Source: an uncultured Candidatus Binatia bacterium (GTDB lineage Bacteria > Desulfobacterota > Binatia > Bin18). From it: a DNA stretch of 64,000 nucleotides. The stretch covers positions 4,128,001 through 4,192,000 of the forward strand of contig OZ243961.1 in assembly GCA_965214605.1 (NCBI GenBank), in the 5' to 3' direction. A program made the position numbers and the translations under genes. Below the pieces are notes generated by a model. The model made no database searches. It was given only the letters and a program-made list of their open reading frames with translations, and was not told where the DNA came from. Below are positions 18,625 through 28,750 of the stretch, piece after piece (positions within the stretch are counted from its first letter, which is position 1; every line of letters starts with the position of its first letter).

Positions 18625-19256
18625 GACCGCGGCGATCTCGGGGTGATGGGCAGCCAGTACCCGCCCGGCCTCGGACAGACCGCGACAAAAACGGAACACA
18701 TGGGGTGGTGAGAGGCGCAAGGTGTCGGGTAGGAGCGACCGGTAGTACTGGTGAAACAGCGCTGAGTAGCCGACTCCGATCGCTCCCAGCGTATCGCCGT
18801 GATAAGCCTCGACGAGTGAGGCAAATTTCACACTTTTGGTCTTTGATGCTTCAACTGCCAGTACTGGCAGGTAAGCTTGAGAGCGATTTCCACCGCCGTG
18901 GCCCCGGCGTCCGAGTAAAATCCCCGGCTCAGATTTACTGGCGTGATCTCGACCAGCCTTTTGGCCAACAGGGTCGCCGGAATATTCGACAGGTCAAGTA
19001 TGGGTGAGTGGGCGATCTGATCGAGTGGTTCGGCAATCGCGGCATTCAGCTCAGGCCGGGTATGGCCAGGCGTATTGCACCACAGCGAGGAGACGGCGTC
19101 CAAATACCGGTTGCCTTGGACATCAATCAGATAGTTGCCCTCACCTCGCGCGATGACAACCGGGTCTTCGTCCAGCCAGTCTTGCATCTGGGTGAACGGA
19201 TGCCACACATAGGTATGCTCCCACGCCCTCAGGGCGGCGTACGGGGGCGGCTTCAT
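18625..19256 (-). pseudogene. bioA: DAPA aminotransferase 5' remnant
   Basis: VWHPFTQM, LDAVSSLWCN, FYSDAGATAVEIALK, frameshift near 18830, AYHGDT, ends at HHPEIAAV before the PLP lysine. Confidence 0.88.
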
Positions 19257-19789
19257 GACAAGCCCCCCCACTTCCTTTCCGGTGGCGGCAAACGCCTCGC
19301 CAGCGTGTTGTAGATCGTCTCTCGTATGGGTCGCTATCGGGGTGACCCGAATCCGCGAGGTGCTGGCTGGGACGGTTGGAAGCCGGATGCCCTGGGCAAA
19401 CATTCCGCGTTCAAGCAGGGCCGTTGCCAGGGCCAGAGTCCGGCTGACGTCCTCGATAATCGGGGGGAGAATATGCGAACGGCTATTGCCTGGCCTAGAG
19501 CCTAGGCCGGTGAGTTGGTCGGCCAGAAAGGCGGTATTGTCCCACAGGTGGCGCCGCCGCTGGGGTTCCTAGGTGATAATATCCAGGGCGACAATGGCCA
19601 TGACCGACGGTGGAAGCGCGGTGGTATAGACAAAACTCCACGCCCGGTTCGCCAGCCAGTCAATCAGTTGACGGCTCCCGGCCACATACCCCCCAAAGCC
19701 GCCTAGCGCCTTGCCCAGCGTGCTCAGAGGTAGAGCCCGCACTGCTCAAGCTCGGCCAAACGGCGGCTTGCCAGAATGTCTTTGAGCAT
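19253..19789 (-). pseudogene. bioF: 8-amino-7-oxononanoate synthase remnant
   Basis: N-terminus [20 protein letters not shown] joined out of frame to [12 protein letters not shown]; in-frame TAG at 19569-19571; GIRLPTVP..SRIR retained. Confidence 0.85.
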
Positions 19790-22143
19790 TAGTGTTTCTC
19801 TTCGGCCGCTTTAATGACTCTCTGCGTCAACAGGCGATCTATTTTCTCCCGACTATAGCCCGCCAACTCCTCCAACACCTCCACGGTGTGTTGACCGAGT
19901 AGAGGTGCAACATATGGCAGGGTCGCCGGCGTGCGTGAGAGCTTGGTGAGGATTCCGGTTTGCCGCACGGTGCCCCACTGGGGATGGGTGTGGGCCGCAA
20001 TCAGTTCGTTGGCCGCAACGTGCTCGTCTTCAAACAGGTCCGGGAGGGACAGGATCGGAGCGCAGGGCACCCCGGCCCGGTCCAGAATTGCTATCCAGTC
20101 CTGGGTCGAGCGTTGGGCAAAGCGTTCCGTCAGAACCTGGCTCAGCGGGCTGTCTACCCCGGCCTGGTTTACTTCGCGAAACGGATGCTGCCTCAGTTCT
20201 GGACGTCCCACGGTCTCACCTAGCGCCCGCCACTGGTCCTCGTCTGTCACGGCTAAAAAGAGAGAAGTATCGGCGGTCGGATAAATACGGTACAGGGCAC
20301 CAGTGCCCCAGAGATCGGGCCCACCGTTTTCCATATCTGGACGGCCTTCATAAAAAATAAAACTGTCAGCCTGGACGGCCATCGAGGCGCTGGTCAGGGA
20401 GGTTTCAATGTGTTGGCCGATACCGGTTTTTTGGCGGGCGTACAGCGCGACGCTCACCCCATAGGCAGTGAGCAACGCGGCTGCATAGTCGCACACTCCA
20501 CAGGTCAGATAAAATGGGGGTTGGTCGTGGCCGCCCTGGGCCTGCATGAGGCCCGAACGGGCTTGTAACAGCGGATCAAAGCCCGGGTAATCGTACTCTG
20601 GTCCGCTTGAACCAAAAGCTGTGACCGTGGCATAAATCAACCGCGGATTGAGAGCCGACAGAGTATCATAGTCGATACTATAGCGCTGGGTTGCGCCGGG
20701 TCGCAAATTTTCAACCACCACATCGGCCCGCCGCGCCAAATCGTATACCACCTGTTTGCCTTCAGGACTGTTCAGGTTGACCGACAGACCACGCTTGCCC
20801 TGGTTCCAGCCCAAAAAACCAAAGCCAAAGGCGCGAAACGCGTCTCCGGTCAGCGACTCGACCTTGATGACCGTCGCTCCTAGCTGGGCCAACATCATCG
20901 GACCAAGCGTGCCCGCGATATAGCTGGCAAAGTCGAGCACCACTACCCCCTGAAGCGGAGCGCCGTCGGCCATCGGGCGGCCTGGGGAAGGGGAGGGAGT
21001 CCGCCGTTCATCATCCATCTTTCTACATTTTGCGTTTTTTTTCACCTCTTCCGTATGTTGGCCCAGCAGTGGAGCCGGGCCCTGGATTGTCCCCGGAGTT
21101 CGGGACATCTGGACCGGTATGCCCATCTGGACGGTTTTGCCCAGCTGCGGGTCGTCGACCTCCACCCGCAGGCGCTGATGAATCACCTGCGAGAACTCCA
21201 TAAACTCCTGACGGCTGGTGACCGGCGCGCAGGGGATATCGTTGGCGCGCAGGATGTTCAGCCACTCGGCCCGGGGTTTGGTCCGGATAATCGCGCCAAT
21301 TCGGTCTGCTAACTCCTGTCTATCTTCGGCTGCGATCCCCCACGGTGCTCTCTCATAGCGCGGGTCTGACAACCACTCGGTTTGTTCCAGCGCCAGACAG
21401 AATTTGTTCCAAAAGGTCGAGTTACCACACGCTACAAACAGCCAGTCGTCCCGGGCCTGGAACAGGCGGTAGACCGGAATTGGGCCCAGAGGGTCGAGCC
21501 GGCCACTAAACAGGCGGAGGATATCGGAATGGTACAGGATCGTTCCGGTGTTCATGGCAAACGCACCGGCCAACCAGGACACTTCGAGTTCCTGGCCCAG
21601 ACCGCTACGCTCGCGCTCGAACAATGCTGCAGCAATAGAACCGCTGGCCACAAACGCCGCCCCATAACTGGCAATCGGAATGATCAGGTACACGCCACCG
21701 GCCCGATGTGACCACTGACTGCCTAAGAGGCCGCTCAGCGCGGCAACCAGCGTGTCGTCTGGAAAACGGTTGGCGTGGGGGCCGGTCGTGCCAAAGGCGG
21801 GGAGATGACAGCCAATCAAACCGGGATGGTTGTTGGCCAGGCTGGCGTAGCCGAGTTGCTCCTCAAGAGCGCTCCCGGGCTGAAAATCGGTTAGGACAAT
21901 ATCTGCCCCGGCAACGAGCTGCCGAATAAGGGCGAGCCCCTCGGGCGTGGCCGGATCGGTCACAACGCTCTGCTTGCTGCGATTCCAAACATGGAAACCG
22001 GGCGTACCCCGCGCCGCATCACCCTGTGGCGGTTCGACCTTAACGACCTGTGCGCCTTGCTCGGCAAGCAACATCCCGGTATACGGACCAGCAATACCTT
22101 GTGTCAGATCAATAATCCGGATACCGTCTAGTGCACCGGCCAT
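19789..22143 (-). CDS. Tandem two-domain CaiB/BaiF CoA-transferase
   Basis: Two family III domains (LDGIRIIDL...WNRSKQSV and LQGVVVLDF...WNQGKRGL), each ending PLLGQHT. Confidence 0.92.
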   Translation of the reverse strand: MAGALDGIRIIDLTQGIAGPYTGMLLAEQGAQVVKVEPPQGDAARGTPGFHVWNRSKQSVVTDPATPEGLALIRQLVAGADIVLTDFQPGSALEEQLGYASLANNHPGLIGCHLPAFGTTGPHANRFPDDTLVAALSGLLGSQWSHRAGGVYLIIPIASYGAAFVASGSIAAALFERERSGLGQELEVSWLAGAFAMNTGTILYHSDILRLFSGRLDPLGPIPVYRLFQARDDWLFVACGNSTFWNKFCLALEQTEWLSDPRYERAPWGIAAEDRQELADRIGAIIRTKPRAEWLNILRANDIPCAPVTSRQEFMEFSQVIHQRLRVEVDDPQLGKTVQMGIPVQMSRTPGTIQGPAPLLGQHTEEVKKNAKCRKMDDERRTPSPSPGRPMADGAPLQGVVVLDFASYIAGTLGPMMLAQLGATVIKVESLTGDAFRAFGFGFLGWNQGKRGLSVNLNSPEGKQVVYDLARRADVVVENLRPGATQRYSIDYDTLSALNPRLIYATVTAFGSSGPEYDYPGFDPLLQARSGLMQAQGGHDQPPFYLTCGVCDYAAALLTAYGVSVALYARQKTGIGQHIETSLTSASMAVQADSFIFYEGRPDMENGGPDLWGTGALYRIYPTADTSLFLAVTDEDQWRALGETVGRPELRQHPFREVNQAGVDSPLSQVLTERFAQRSTQDWIAILDRAGVPCAPILSLPDLFEDEHVAANELIAAHTHPQWGTVRQTGILTKLSRTPATLPYVAPLLGQHTVEVLEELAGYSREKIDRLLTQRVIKAAEEKH

Positions 22144-22188
22144 CGTCTCCTCCAGGTCACAACCCCCAACGTTCTCTGAGGGCTTACT

Positions 22189-22617
22189 ATGCTGTCTCCC
22201 GTTGAAAAACTCAACCAAGCACTGCGCGAAAATCGGCCTGACGAATACCTCTCGACTTTACATCGGGAACTCGGTCTGCGGGCCCTGGCCTTCCGGCCCG
22301 GCGAATCGTTCTGGGAGTGGGAGGCGAGCCAAGAGCGCGTGCTTAACCCGTTTGGCTATGTCTCGGGCGGCTATTTGGCCGTGTTTGCCGACGAACTGCT
22401 GGCTAGTGCGCTCGGCTCGCTGCTGGACACAGGAGAATTGGCCACCACTGCCGAACTCAAGATCAGTTTCTTAAAGCCGGTTGCCAAAGGGCTCCTGCGG
22501 GGCGAGGGCAAAGTGTTGCGCAAAGGCAGGCGTGTAGCGTTTGTGGAAGCCCGGATCACCAACGCCAAAGACGAGCTAGTTGGGGTGGTGACCAGCACTT
22601 GGACGGTGGTGAGCTGA
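22189..22617 (+). CDS. PaaI-family hot-dog thioesterase
   Basis: NPFGYVSGGYLAVFADE, TAELKISFLKPV, KGRRVAFVEA. Confidence 0.88.
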   Translation: MLSPVEKLNQALRENRPDEYLSTLHRELGLRALAFRPGESFWEWEASQERVLNPFGYVSGGYLAVFADELLASALGSLLDTGELATTAELKISFLKPVAKGLLRGEGKVLRKGRRVAFVEARITNAKDELVGVVTSTWTVVS

Positions 22618-22760
22618 GTCTCTGAAAAGAAAAAACCACGCCAAAAGAGAGGTCTGTAGAGGGATAGCGGTCTATGACTTCACCAGCACGCCTCCTTTGG
22701 GCGGACGACACGAGAGCTGAACAGGGGGAAACGCTCAGGGAAAATCAGACTAATAGGCGC

Positions 22761-23004
22761 ATGGCACGAGGTCAGAAGAACGAGTCACAAGCCGATCGCG
22801 CGCTATACGAAGCCGGACGGTCCAGGGTGCCACAGCCGGCTATGAGACCAAGCTGCGGCGCATGACCGACACCCACATGGAGACCGCCGAGTACAGGCAC
22901 GTCGTCCTTGGCCTGATCTTTTTGGAATACCCCTCTGACACTGAGGAGATGCACGCGCCTTATTGGCGGAACACGGCCCGCCCCAGAGGATCTCGGACGA
23001 TACG
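22761..23004 (+). pseudogene. hsdM: Type I R-M methyltransferase 5' remnant
   Basis: [32 protein letters not shown] resembles the HsdM N-terminal [19 protein letters not shown]. Confidence 0.8.
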
Positions 23005-23238
23005 CTAGCCTCTTATACCCCCCTTGAGGCCGACGACAACGCGCTTCAGGCATTTGGGGTCGGCCCGTGCGTACCATCGCTCGTACGCTGGTGGAGACCG
23101 TGCGAAACAACGTCAGACTCGACTGGACGCTCGGCGAGAACAGCCGGTCGAATCTGCGGCGGCTGGCCAAACGCATCCTGCACAAACGTGGTTACCCGCC
23201 GGACAAGCAGGAGTAAGGCAACGCGGTCGGTATTGTAA
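23005..23238 (+). pseudogene. hsdR: Type I R-M endonuclease 3' remnant (DUF3387 region)
   Basis: [47 protein letters not shown] with frameshifts and stops. Confidence 0.85.
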
Positions 23239-23286
23239 AGGAGGATGAGGCTTTGCCCGCTGTGTGAGCGACCTGAGCCGGTGAAG

Positions 23287-23322
23287 AGGGGGACAAGAGA
23301 CATTCCCCTCTCTTGTCCCCCC
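23287..23322. terminator. Perfect 14-bp stem-loop between convergent units
   Basis: AGGGGGACAAGAGA-cattcccc-TCTCTTGTCCCCCT; no long U tract. Confidence 0.55.
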
Positions 23323-23441
23323 TTCGATGATGAGGAAGACTTTCTTTCGCCGGAAGTCGGCCAGTACGAGGTTGATGCGGGGACGGTCTTGAGTCGTGTG
23401 GCAGACTGCCCCAGGGTCACCAGGGGAGACGAAACGTTATC

Positions 23442-24578
23442 TTAGTCTGCAAACCTGGGCATGACTTTCTCAGCGAATAGTTCGAGCGAGCTCATGATCT
23501 GGTCGCGGTTATGAATGCCCTGCGGGAGCAGGAAGAAACATTCTTTGATCGGAATCTTCGCGCTGGCCTCTTCTAGGCGGCGGCACAGGGCGTCTGGGTC
23601 GCCGACCAACAGCTCGGGGTAGTGCTGGCCAAAGGGAAGAAACCATTTATCCCACATCCACAACGGGTCTTTGAGCCAGTCCTGAGCGACCGTCCTGTCT
23701 TTATGGCAGATCAACAGACCGCCCCAGGCTGCCTCATCGCCCGGCTCAATATCACGTCCGTGTTTGAGCGCTTCATCATGATAGCCCGACCACAGGCGTT
23801 TGCAGAAGTCGAGGTCTGAGGCCAGTACGATCGGCTTGCCGCCATACTTGGCCCAGAACAGCGCGGTCCGCATACTGTGGGTGAAACCACCGTACAGCGG
23901 TGGGTGGGGTTGTTGATAGGGTTTGGGGGCAATACCGATTTCACGAATTCGCATGTCGGCATCGACTCCTTGACCGTATTCGGTATACGACGATTGGGGA
24001 TGTGGGTTGATAAAGTCGTCCGGTGGAATGGTCCAATATTTGCCCTTGTGGCTGAAAGTATCGTGCCGCCAGGCTTTGAGTACTATCTCGACAAACTCGG
24101 TGAAATACTCGCGGTTCATGGCGTCGTCCGGGCTGTTGCGGTTCCAGTCGCCGATCGCGTTAAGATCCGGCCGAATCCGGTAGTTGTGAACCCAGCGGGC
24201 CTGGTAGCCCCGGACTAGCCCAACGCCTAAACGTCCCTTGAGCATATGGTCTAGAGTAGCAATGTACTCCGCAGTCCGGACCGGATTATGGGTCGGTGCC
24301 ACCCAACCGACCATGTTGACCTGGAGGCGCCTGCTGTGTTGGCCTATCCACATCGATAACAGGCCAGGTTCATTGCTGGCCTCAAAGCCCTCAATCTGGA
24401 GGTGGTGTTCGGGATGGCTAAAGCCCGCATAGCCGGCCTCGTCGGCAAAGCTGACGTACTCGGCCACTTCGTCTAGCATGCGTTGGTACAGTTCCGGTCG
24501 CTTGCCGGCTAGTCCGGCTTCGAGCTCGTGCCGCCTACCAAGTGTTGCATAGATGAATAGATGGAATTTCATAGCCAT
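23442..24578 (-). CDS. LLM-class flavin-dependent oxidoreductase
   Basis: PEHHLQIEG, HNPVRTAEYIATLDHMLKGR, RGYQ, PKPYQQPHPP. Confidence 0.9.
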   Translation of the reverse strand: MAMKFHLFIYATLGRRHELEAGLAGKRPELYQRMLDEVAEYVSFADEAGYAGFSHPEHHLQIEGFEASNEPGLLSMWIGQHSRRLQVNMVGWVAPTHNPVRTAEYIATLDHMLKGRLGVGLVRGYQARWVHNYRIRPDLNAIGDWNRNSPDDAMNREYFTEFVEIVLKAWRHDTFSHKGKYWTIPPDDFINPHPQSSYTEYGQGVDADMRIREIGIAPKPYQQPHPPLYGGFTHSMRTALFWAKYGGKPIVLASDLDFCKRLWSGYHDEALKHGRDIEPGDEAAWGGLLICHKDRTVAQDWLKDPLWMWDKWFLPFGQHYPELLVGDPDALCRRLEEASAKIPIKECFFLLPQGIHNRDQIMSSLELFAEKVMPRFAD

Positions 24579-24629
24579 CTCCCTCCTTCAGGGGGGGGGT
24601 AGCAAGAGGTCGTGTCGGTGGAGTCGCGG

Positions 24630-26360
24630 TTAGGAAATCGGCACGCTCACCCGAACTTCCGTGCCTTGACCACGGGCACTTGAGACCTGCAAGGTACCCC
24701 CACAGGCTTCTACTCGCTCACGCATATATAAGAGGCTGTACCGGCCGTACGGGTGCTGCTCCAGATGAGAGCCTTGACCGTCGTCTTTGATCAGCAGGGA
24801 AACCCCTTTGTGTTCCTGGACAACAGCGATTTCAACGTTCTGGGCAAGAGCGTGCTTGTCGATGTTATTGAGCGCTTCTTGGGTAATCCGGAACAGGGTT
24901 AGGGTGGCGGCCGACGGCAAGGGTAAGACCGAGTCGTCGGCCTGCACGGTGACCCGAAACAGGATTCTTTTGCGTAGCTTGTCCACATACTCTTGCAGCG
25001 CGGCCACAAAGCCAAAATCATCCAGGGTGGCGGGCCGCAGCTCGTCTATCAGACCACGCACAACGGAGGCCATCTCGTCCATTTCGGTTGCCAGACGCTG
25101 GATCTGTTCCTCTGCCTCGGGCACGCGTTGGAGAAAAAGGTCTTTGCTGCGCCGAAAATCTTGAAGAACGCCAAACAGCTTCTTGCCGAGATGGGTGTGC
25201 CACTGCTCAACCAGATGTTTGCGTTCCTCTTCCTGGGTGCTGATGACTGTATGCAGCAGACCCCGCAGTTGCCGGGTCTCGTTTTCAAGCCCCTCATACA
25301 GCTGAGCATTTTCAATGGCTAGCGCGGTGTGCTGGGCAACGGTGGTCAGCAGGTCGATCGTTTCTGCAGAGAACCCCTCGGCTGGGTTCTGATCGGCTAC
25401 TAGGAGGCAACCTAAAGGCTGCGGATACTCTGGCTGCATGACTGGGGTGATGAGTAAACTCTGCTCAGCGATGTCGTGTAGGGCGTCGGGCTGGAGGTGG
25501 GTTTGCAGGGCTTCTGGAGTGTCCAACACCAGCGTGCCCCGGTCGCACGCCCGACGCAGCAGACCACCCTCGGCCAAACTGGTGGCCAGAGCCGTAGAGG
25601 CGGGTACTGGAAAGTCGCCGCCGACCGCAATCCGGTCGGCCTGTTCACTGCGGCGGTCGAGCAGGAGAAGCCCAACGCCTTCGCACGGCAACAAGCGGTC
25701 AAGGGCGTCAACCAACCGCTGCATGATGGTGTCGATATCCAGATTGCTCAACGCGCGGTTGACCTCCCACAGCTGCTCTATGGCTTGGGGCGACAGCGGA
25801 TGATGGACCGACTGAGCGGTGTACAGCGGCGGAGACGAAGACAGTGCAGCACTGATCCCGCCCGCCAAAAAGAGACAGACGATCTGGAGGCCGACACCGC
25901 TTTCGGGGACGGAGAAAAAGGACACTAATTCTAGGCAGAATAGCGTCTGGACAGCGGCCATGAGCAGCCCGGCAATCCAGCCAAAGCGGACGCCGACAGC
26001 CAGAATCACGACGTAGAAATAGGCAAAAGCCGGGCTCTCGATCCCGCCACTCACCCCACACAGTAAGGTCACGAGGGCTGTGTCGAGGAGCGGAATTGGG
26101 ACTGAAAGTGGCCGACCCTGGTGGAGACGGTAGGCCACATAGTGGCTGAAGCCACAGTAGGCCAGACCAAGACCAAAGACGAGAGTTGCCGCTGGTTGCA
26201 GTACGGCAGGGTCTGACGCCGAGAGAAGGTACCACCAGCCCAAAACCCCAAGCCACCGCAGGCGTGCCCAGATCTTTTCTTGCTGGGCGAGTTGTGCTTG
26301 GCTATCAGAACGATACGCACCCCAGAAGGCTAACCGCAATTGTGAAAGCAATGTCTCCAT
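24630..26360 (-). CDS. Membrane GAF-domain sensor histidine kinase (HisKA_3 type, degenerate H-box)
   Basis: N-terminal TM helices, GAF ending LAIENAQLY, QEEERK..WH, ELRPATLDDFG, RITQEALNNIDKHA, DDGQG. Confidence 0.85.
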   Translation of the reverse strand: METLLSQLRLAFWGAYRSDSQAQLAQQEKIWARLRWLGVLGWWYLLSASDPAVLQPAATLVFGLGLAYCGFSHYVAYRLHQGRPLSVPIPLLDTALVTLLCGVSGGIESPAFAYFYVVILAVGVRFGWIAGLLMAAVQTLFCLELVSFFSVPESGVGLQIVCLFLAGGISAALSSSPPLYTAQSVHHPLSPQAIEQLWEVNRALSNLDIDTIMQRLVDALDRLLPCEGVGLLLLDRRSEQADRIAVGGDFPVPASTALATSLAEGGLLRRACDRGTLVLDTPEALQTHLQPDALHDIAEQSLLITPVMQPEYPQPLGCLLVADQNPAEGFSAETIDLLTTVAQHTALAIENAQLYEGLENETRQLRGLLHTVISTQEEERKHLVEQWHTHLGKKLFGVLQDFRRSKDLFLQRVPEAEEQIQRLATEMDEMASVVRGLIDELRPATLDDFGFVAALQEYVDKLRKRILFRVTVQADDSVLPLPSAATLTLFRITQEALNNIDKHALAQNVEIAVVQEHKGVSLLIKDDGQGSHLEQHPYGRYSLLYMRERVEACGGTLQVSSARGQGTEVRVSVPIS

Positions 26361-26418
26361 ATTGTCGACGAAGCGCTCCCCCTATTTACTCTGCTGTCTC
26401 TGCCTTGTCCAGGTCGTC

Positions 26419-27035
26419 TTAGCTTTTGTCGTGCTGAACCTCCACTCCGGCTAGGCGTTCCAAGACTTTTACCAGAACCTAGGGAGCCATCGTCACCAGC
26501 TCCAGTATCTCCAGAGCGCGAAACAGGTTCTGGACTAGGCTCTGGTAGCGGGCAAGGGCTAGCTGCAGGTGAGCGGGGCCTCTTGGAGGACGAACCGCAA
26601 ATCCTTTTGCTGAAACTTCACCGTAAAACTCGGCGTAAAATCGTGCTCAAGCACACGCGGGGCTGGGTTCGATAACTGCCCAGGAGCCAACCGCCCCGCC
26701 ACTGACCGCCTGTTGCATTTTTTCCGGATTCAGGCCGACTTTGGCACTAAATATCGCTCCGAGCCAAGTTTGTCACCGCCACCACAATTTTCTTGCATAG
26801 CTTGGTCAGCTGCCCAGCCCTGCTCGGCCCCATAGTTTAGGTGAGGTTTTTGCCCGTCGTCTCTAAAGAGCAGCAGGGAGCGCTCTAAAGACCTCTGGTT
26901 TATTTCCAGCCGAAACCGATAAGGTCTCGGCACTCTCTCCACCCTCTCTGCGTGAATAGCCCGCTTTGAGCAGGGTACACGACCATGGGCTTATCCATGA
27001 AGCCCGGCCCAACAAAGCCGAGACGTGTTTGCTCC
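26419..27035 (-). pseudogene. Beta-hydroxyacid dehydrogenase (GarR/MmsB-like) remnant
   Basis: Fragments across frames: RLGFVGPGFMDKPM, LLKAGYS, GQLTKLCKKIVVAV, QAVSGGAVGSW, DFTPSFTVKFQQKDL, VKVLERLAGVEV; internal deletion. Confidence 0.8.
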
Positions 27036-27199
27036 CTCTCTTGCTGGCGCGTGAGGGCACTATTTTTCTGCTGTTTGAGACAGGAGAGCAAGGCCCGCGG
27101 GAAGGAGGCGAGCGGCCGGGGGATGGGTCCGAAAAGGAAGGGGAGAAACAGAGAGGGGCAAGCCGCTACACCGGAGCTTCACTCCTCTCTACATCTGGG

Positions 27200-27754
27200 C
27201 TAGGCAGGGGTTTCCCAGCTGATTTCCTGGAAGCCGTCTTGTTCTTCAACAACAGGTTCTTCTTTCTCATCCCAAGACCAAGACTTATCGCGTTCGGCTG
27301 GCGCTGGAGCGGACGAGTCTGCCACGGACGCGGTAGGTTTGTCCCGTTGTGGAGCCGGAGTTGCGGGCTTGGGCCGACCGCGGATAGGCAGGCGGTTGCG
27401 GACCTCGCGCCAATGAAAGCTGCTGGGTGGGCTTTGGAGCCGCTCAAAGCTGGCGAGGAGTAATTCTTTGCTGTCAGCACGACCAAAGCAGTGGTCGCCA
27501 ATCCACATTTCCCAGCCGGGCCGGACGCTGCCGTCTGGCGCGGTCAAATCTCGACGCACAAAATTAGGCGTCACTGGCGGAAGAACGTTACTCTCCTGAA
27601 CCTCGTCGTCGGCCGGACTGTCAGCCTTGGCTGACTGGGCAGAGCTGGCGGGAGCTGGCGACTGGGAGGTTGGCCCCCTTGATTTGGCTGCCCGCTTGGC
27701 GCTGCGCTTTTTGGCAGCTGGCTTTGTTTCCTGCCGTGCAGGACGCAGACTCAT
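27200..27754 (-). CDS. Hypothetical protein with basic N-tail and acidic C-tail
   Basis: SD AGGAGAGG; 184 aa; compact central segment with W/F residues. Confidence 0.65.
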   Translation of the reverse strand: MSLRPARQETKPAAKKRSAKRAAKSRGPTSQSPAPASSAQSAKADSPADDEVQESNVLPPVTPNFVRRDLTAPDGSVRPGWEMWIGDHCFGRADSKELLLASFERLQSPPSSFHWREVRNRLPIRGRPKPATPAPQRDKPTASVADSSAPAPAERDKSWSWDEKEEPVVEEQDGFQEISWETPA

Positions 27755-28064
27755 ATCCTCTCCTTCTAGGCGCTTCTTCTGGACGAGTCCGGAAGAAGGT
27801 TAGGTGAGCCGTGGCTGAGAGTACGGCCTGGAGAAGCGCTTGCCGACCCACGTTCAGGCACGATTCACTACAACTGGCCGGATGGGTGAAAATGAAACGG
27901 ATATGCCAAGATGTTCAAGATATTGCAGACATCGACTCTCTTGGATATCACTTGCTCCGTAAGAGCCTGCCACGTTTTTGCTTTTATTTCAATCCCCCAT
28001 ACCGTCCCCATCGCCCGTGTTTAGGCTTACTATATGCGGCGATAATACGGCGGTCAGTCGGGGT

Positions 28065-28562
28065 CTATCCCGAGCCACCGATCAATTTTGGGCGGATGTA
28101 GGTGCCACTCTTGCCCCCAATTTTTCGCTGAAGACACACGTCTGAGATGCGCATGCCTTTTTCAACCGCTTTACACATGTCGTAGACCGTTAAGGCCGCG
28201 ACCGATACCGCGGTCAGGGCTTCCATTTCGACGCCGGTTTTGCCCTGCACCGCGACCCGCGCTTCAACATCTAGCCGGCCGGTCTGTGGGTGGGGCGCGA
28301 ACTCGACCGTGATCGACGTCAGCGACAGGGGATGACACAACGGGATCAGCTCGGCAGTTTTTTTGGCCGCCATAATGCCAGCAACCCGGGCAACGGCTAG
28401 TACGTCGCCTTTGGGTAGCTGGCCGGTGGTGAGCAGGCGCAGGGTTTCGGGCCGCATATGGACCGTGCCGCTGGCGAGCGCCTCGCGGGTGGTAACAGCC
28501 TTGTCGCCAACATCAACCATGCGGGCGCGGCCTTGAGCATCGGTGTGGCTGAGTTTATCCAT
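28065..28562 (-). CDS. moaC: Cyclic pyranopterin monophosphate synthase
   Basis: [46 protein letters not shown]. Confidence 0.97.
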   Translation of the reverse strand: MDKLSHTDAQGRARMVDVGDKAVTTREALASGTVHMRPETLRLLTTGQLPKGDVLAVARVAGIMAAKKTAELIPLCHPLSLTSITVEFAPHPQTGRLDVEARVAVQGKTGVEMEALTAVSVAALTVYDMCKAVEKGMRISDVCLQRKIGGKSGTYIRPKLIGGSG

Positions 28563-28750
28563 AGTAGGCCCCCAAGTGTTAGCGCTGTTAGGCAGCGTGT
28601 GAGTTCAGTCTGCCATAGGTAAAAGGAAACTGGCAAGCGGCGGCTCACCGACGGAGCACAGCGCGGGCGACGCACAAGACAGGTCGGCCGGGCTTGACGG
28701 CACGATATAGGCTCGCTAGCCAAAAGAAAACGACACAGAGAGGATAGGCA

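Noticed and set aside
18828-19403. Functional BioF-BioA fusion ORF
   Set aside because: The in-frame join falls at a G7 run between two broken genes, and both parts lack essential regions
28690-28720. Sigma-54 promoter (GG-N10-GC) before the DUF4149-like gene
   Set aside because: Lacks the TGG and TTGC context; indistinguishable from chance
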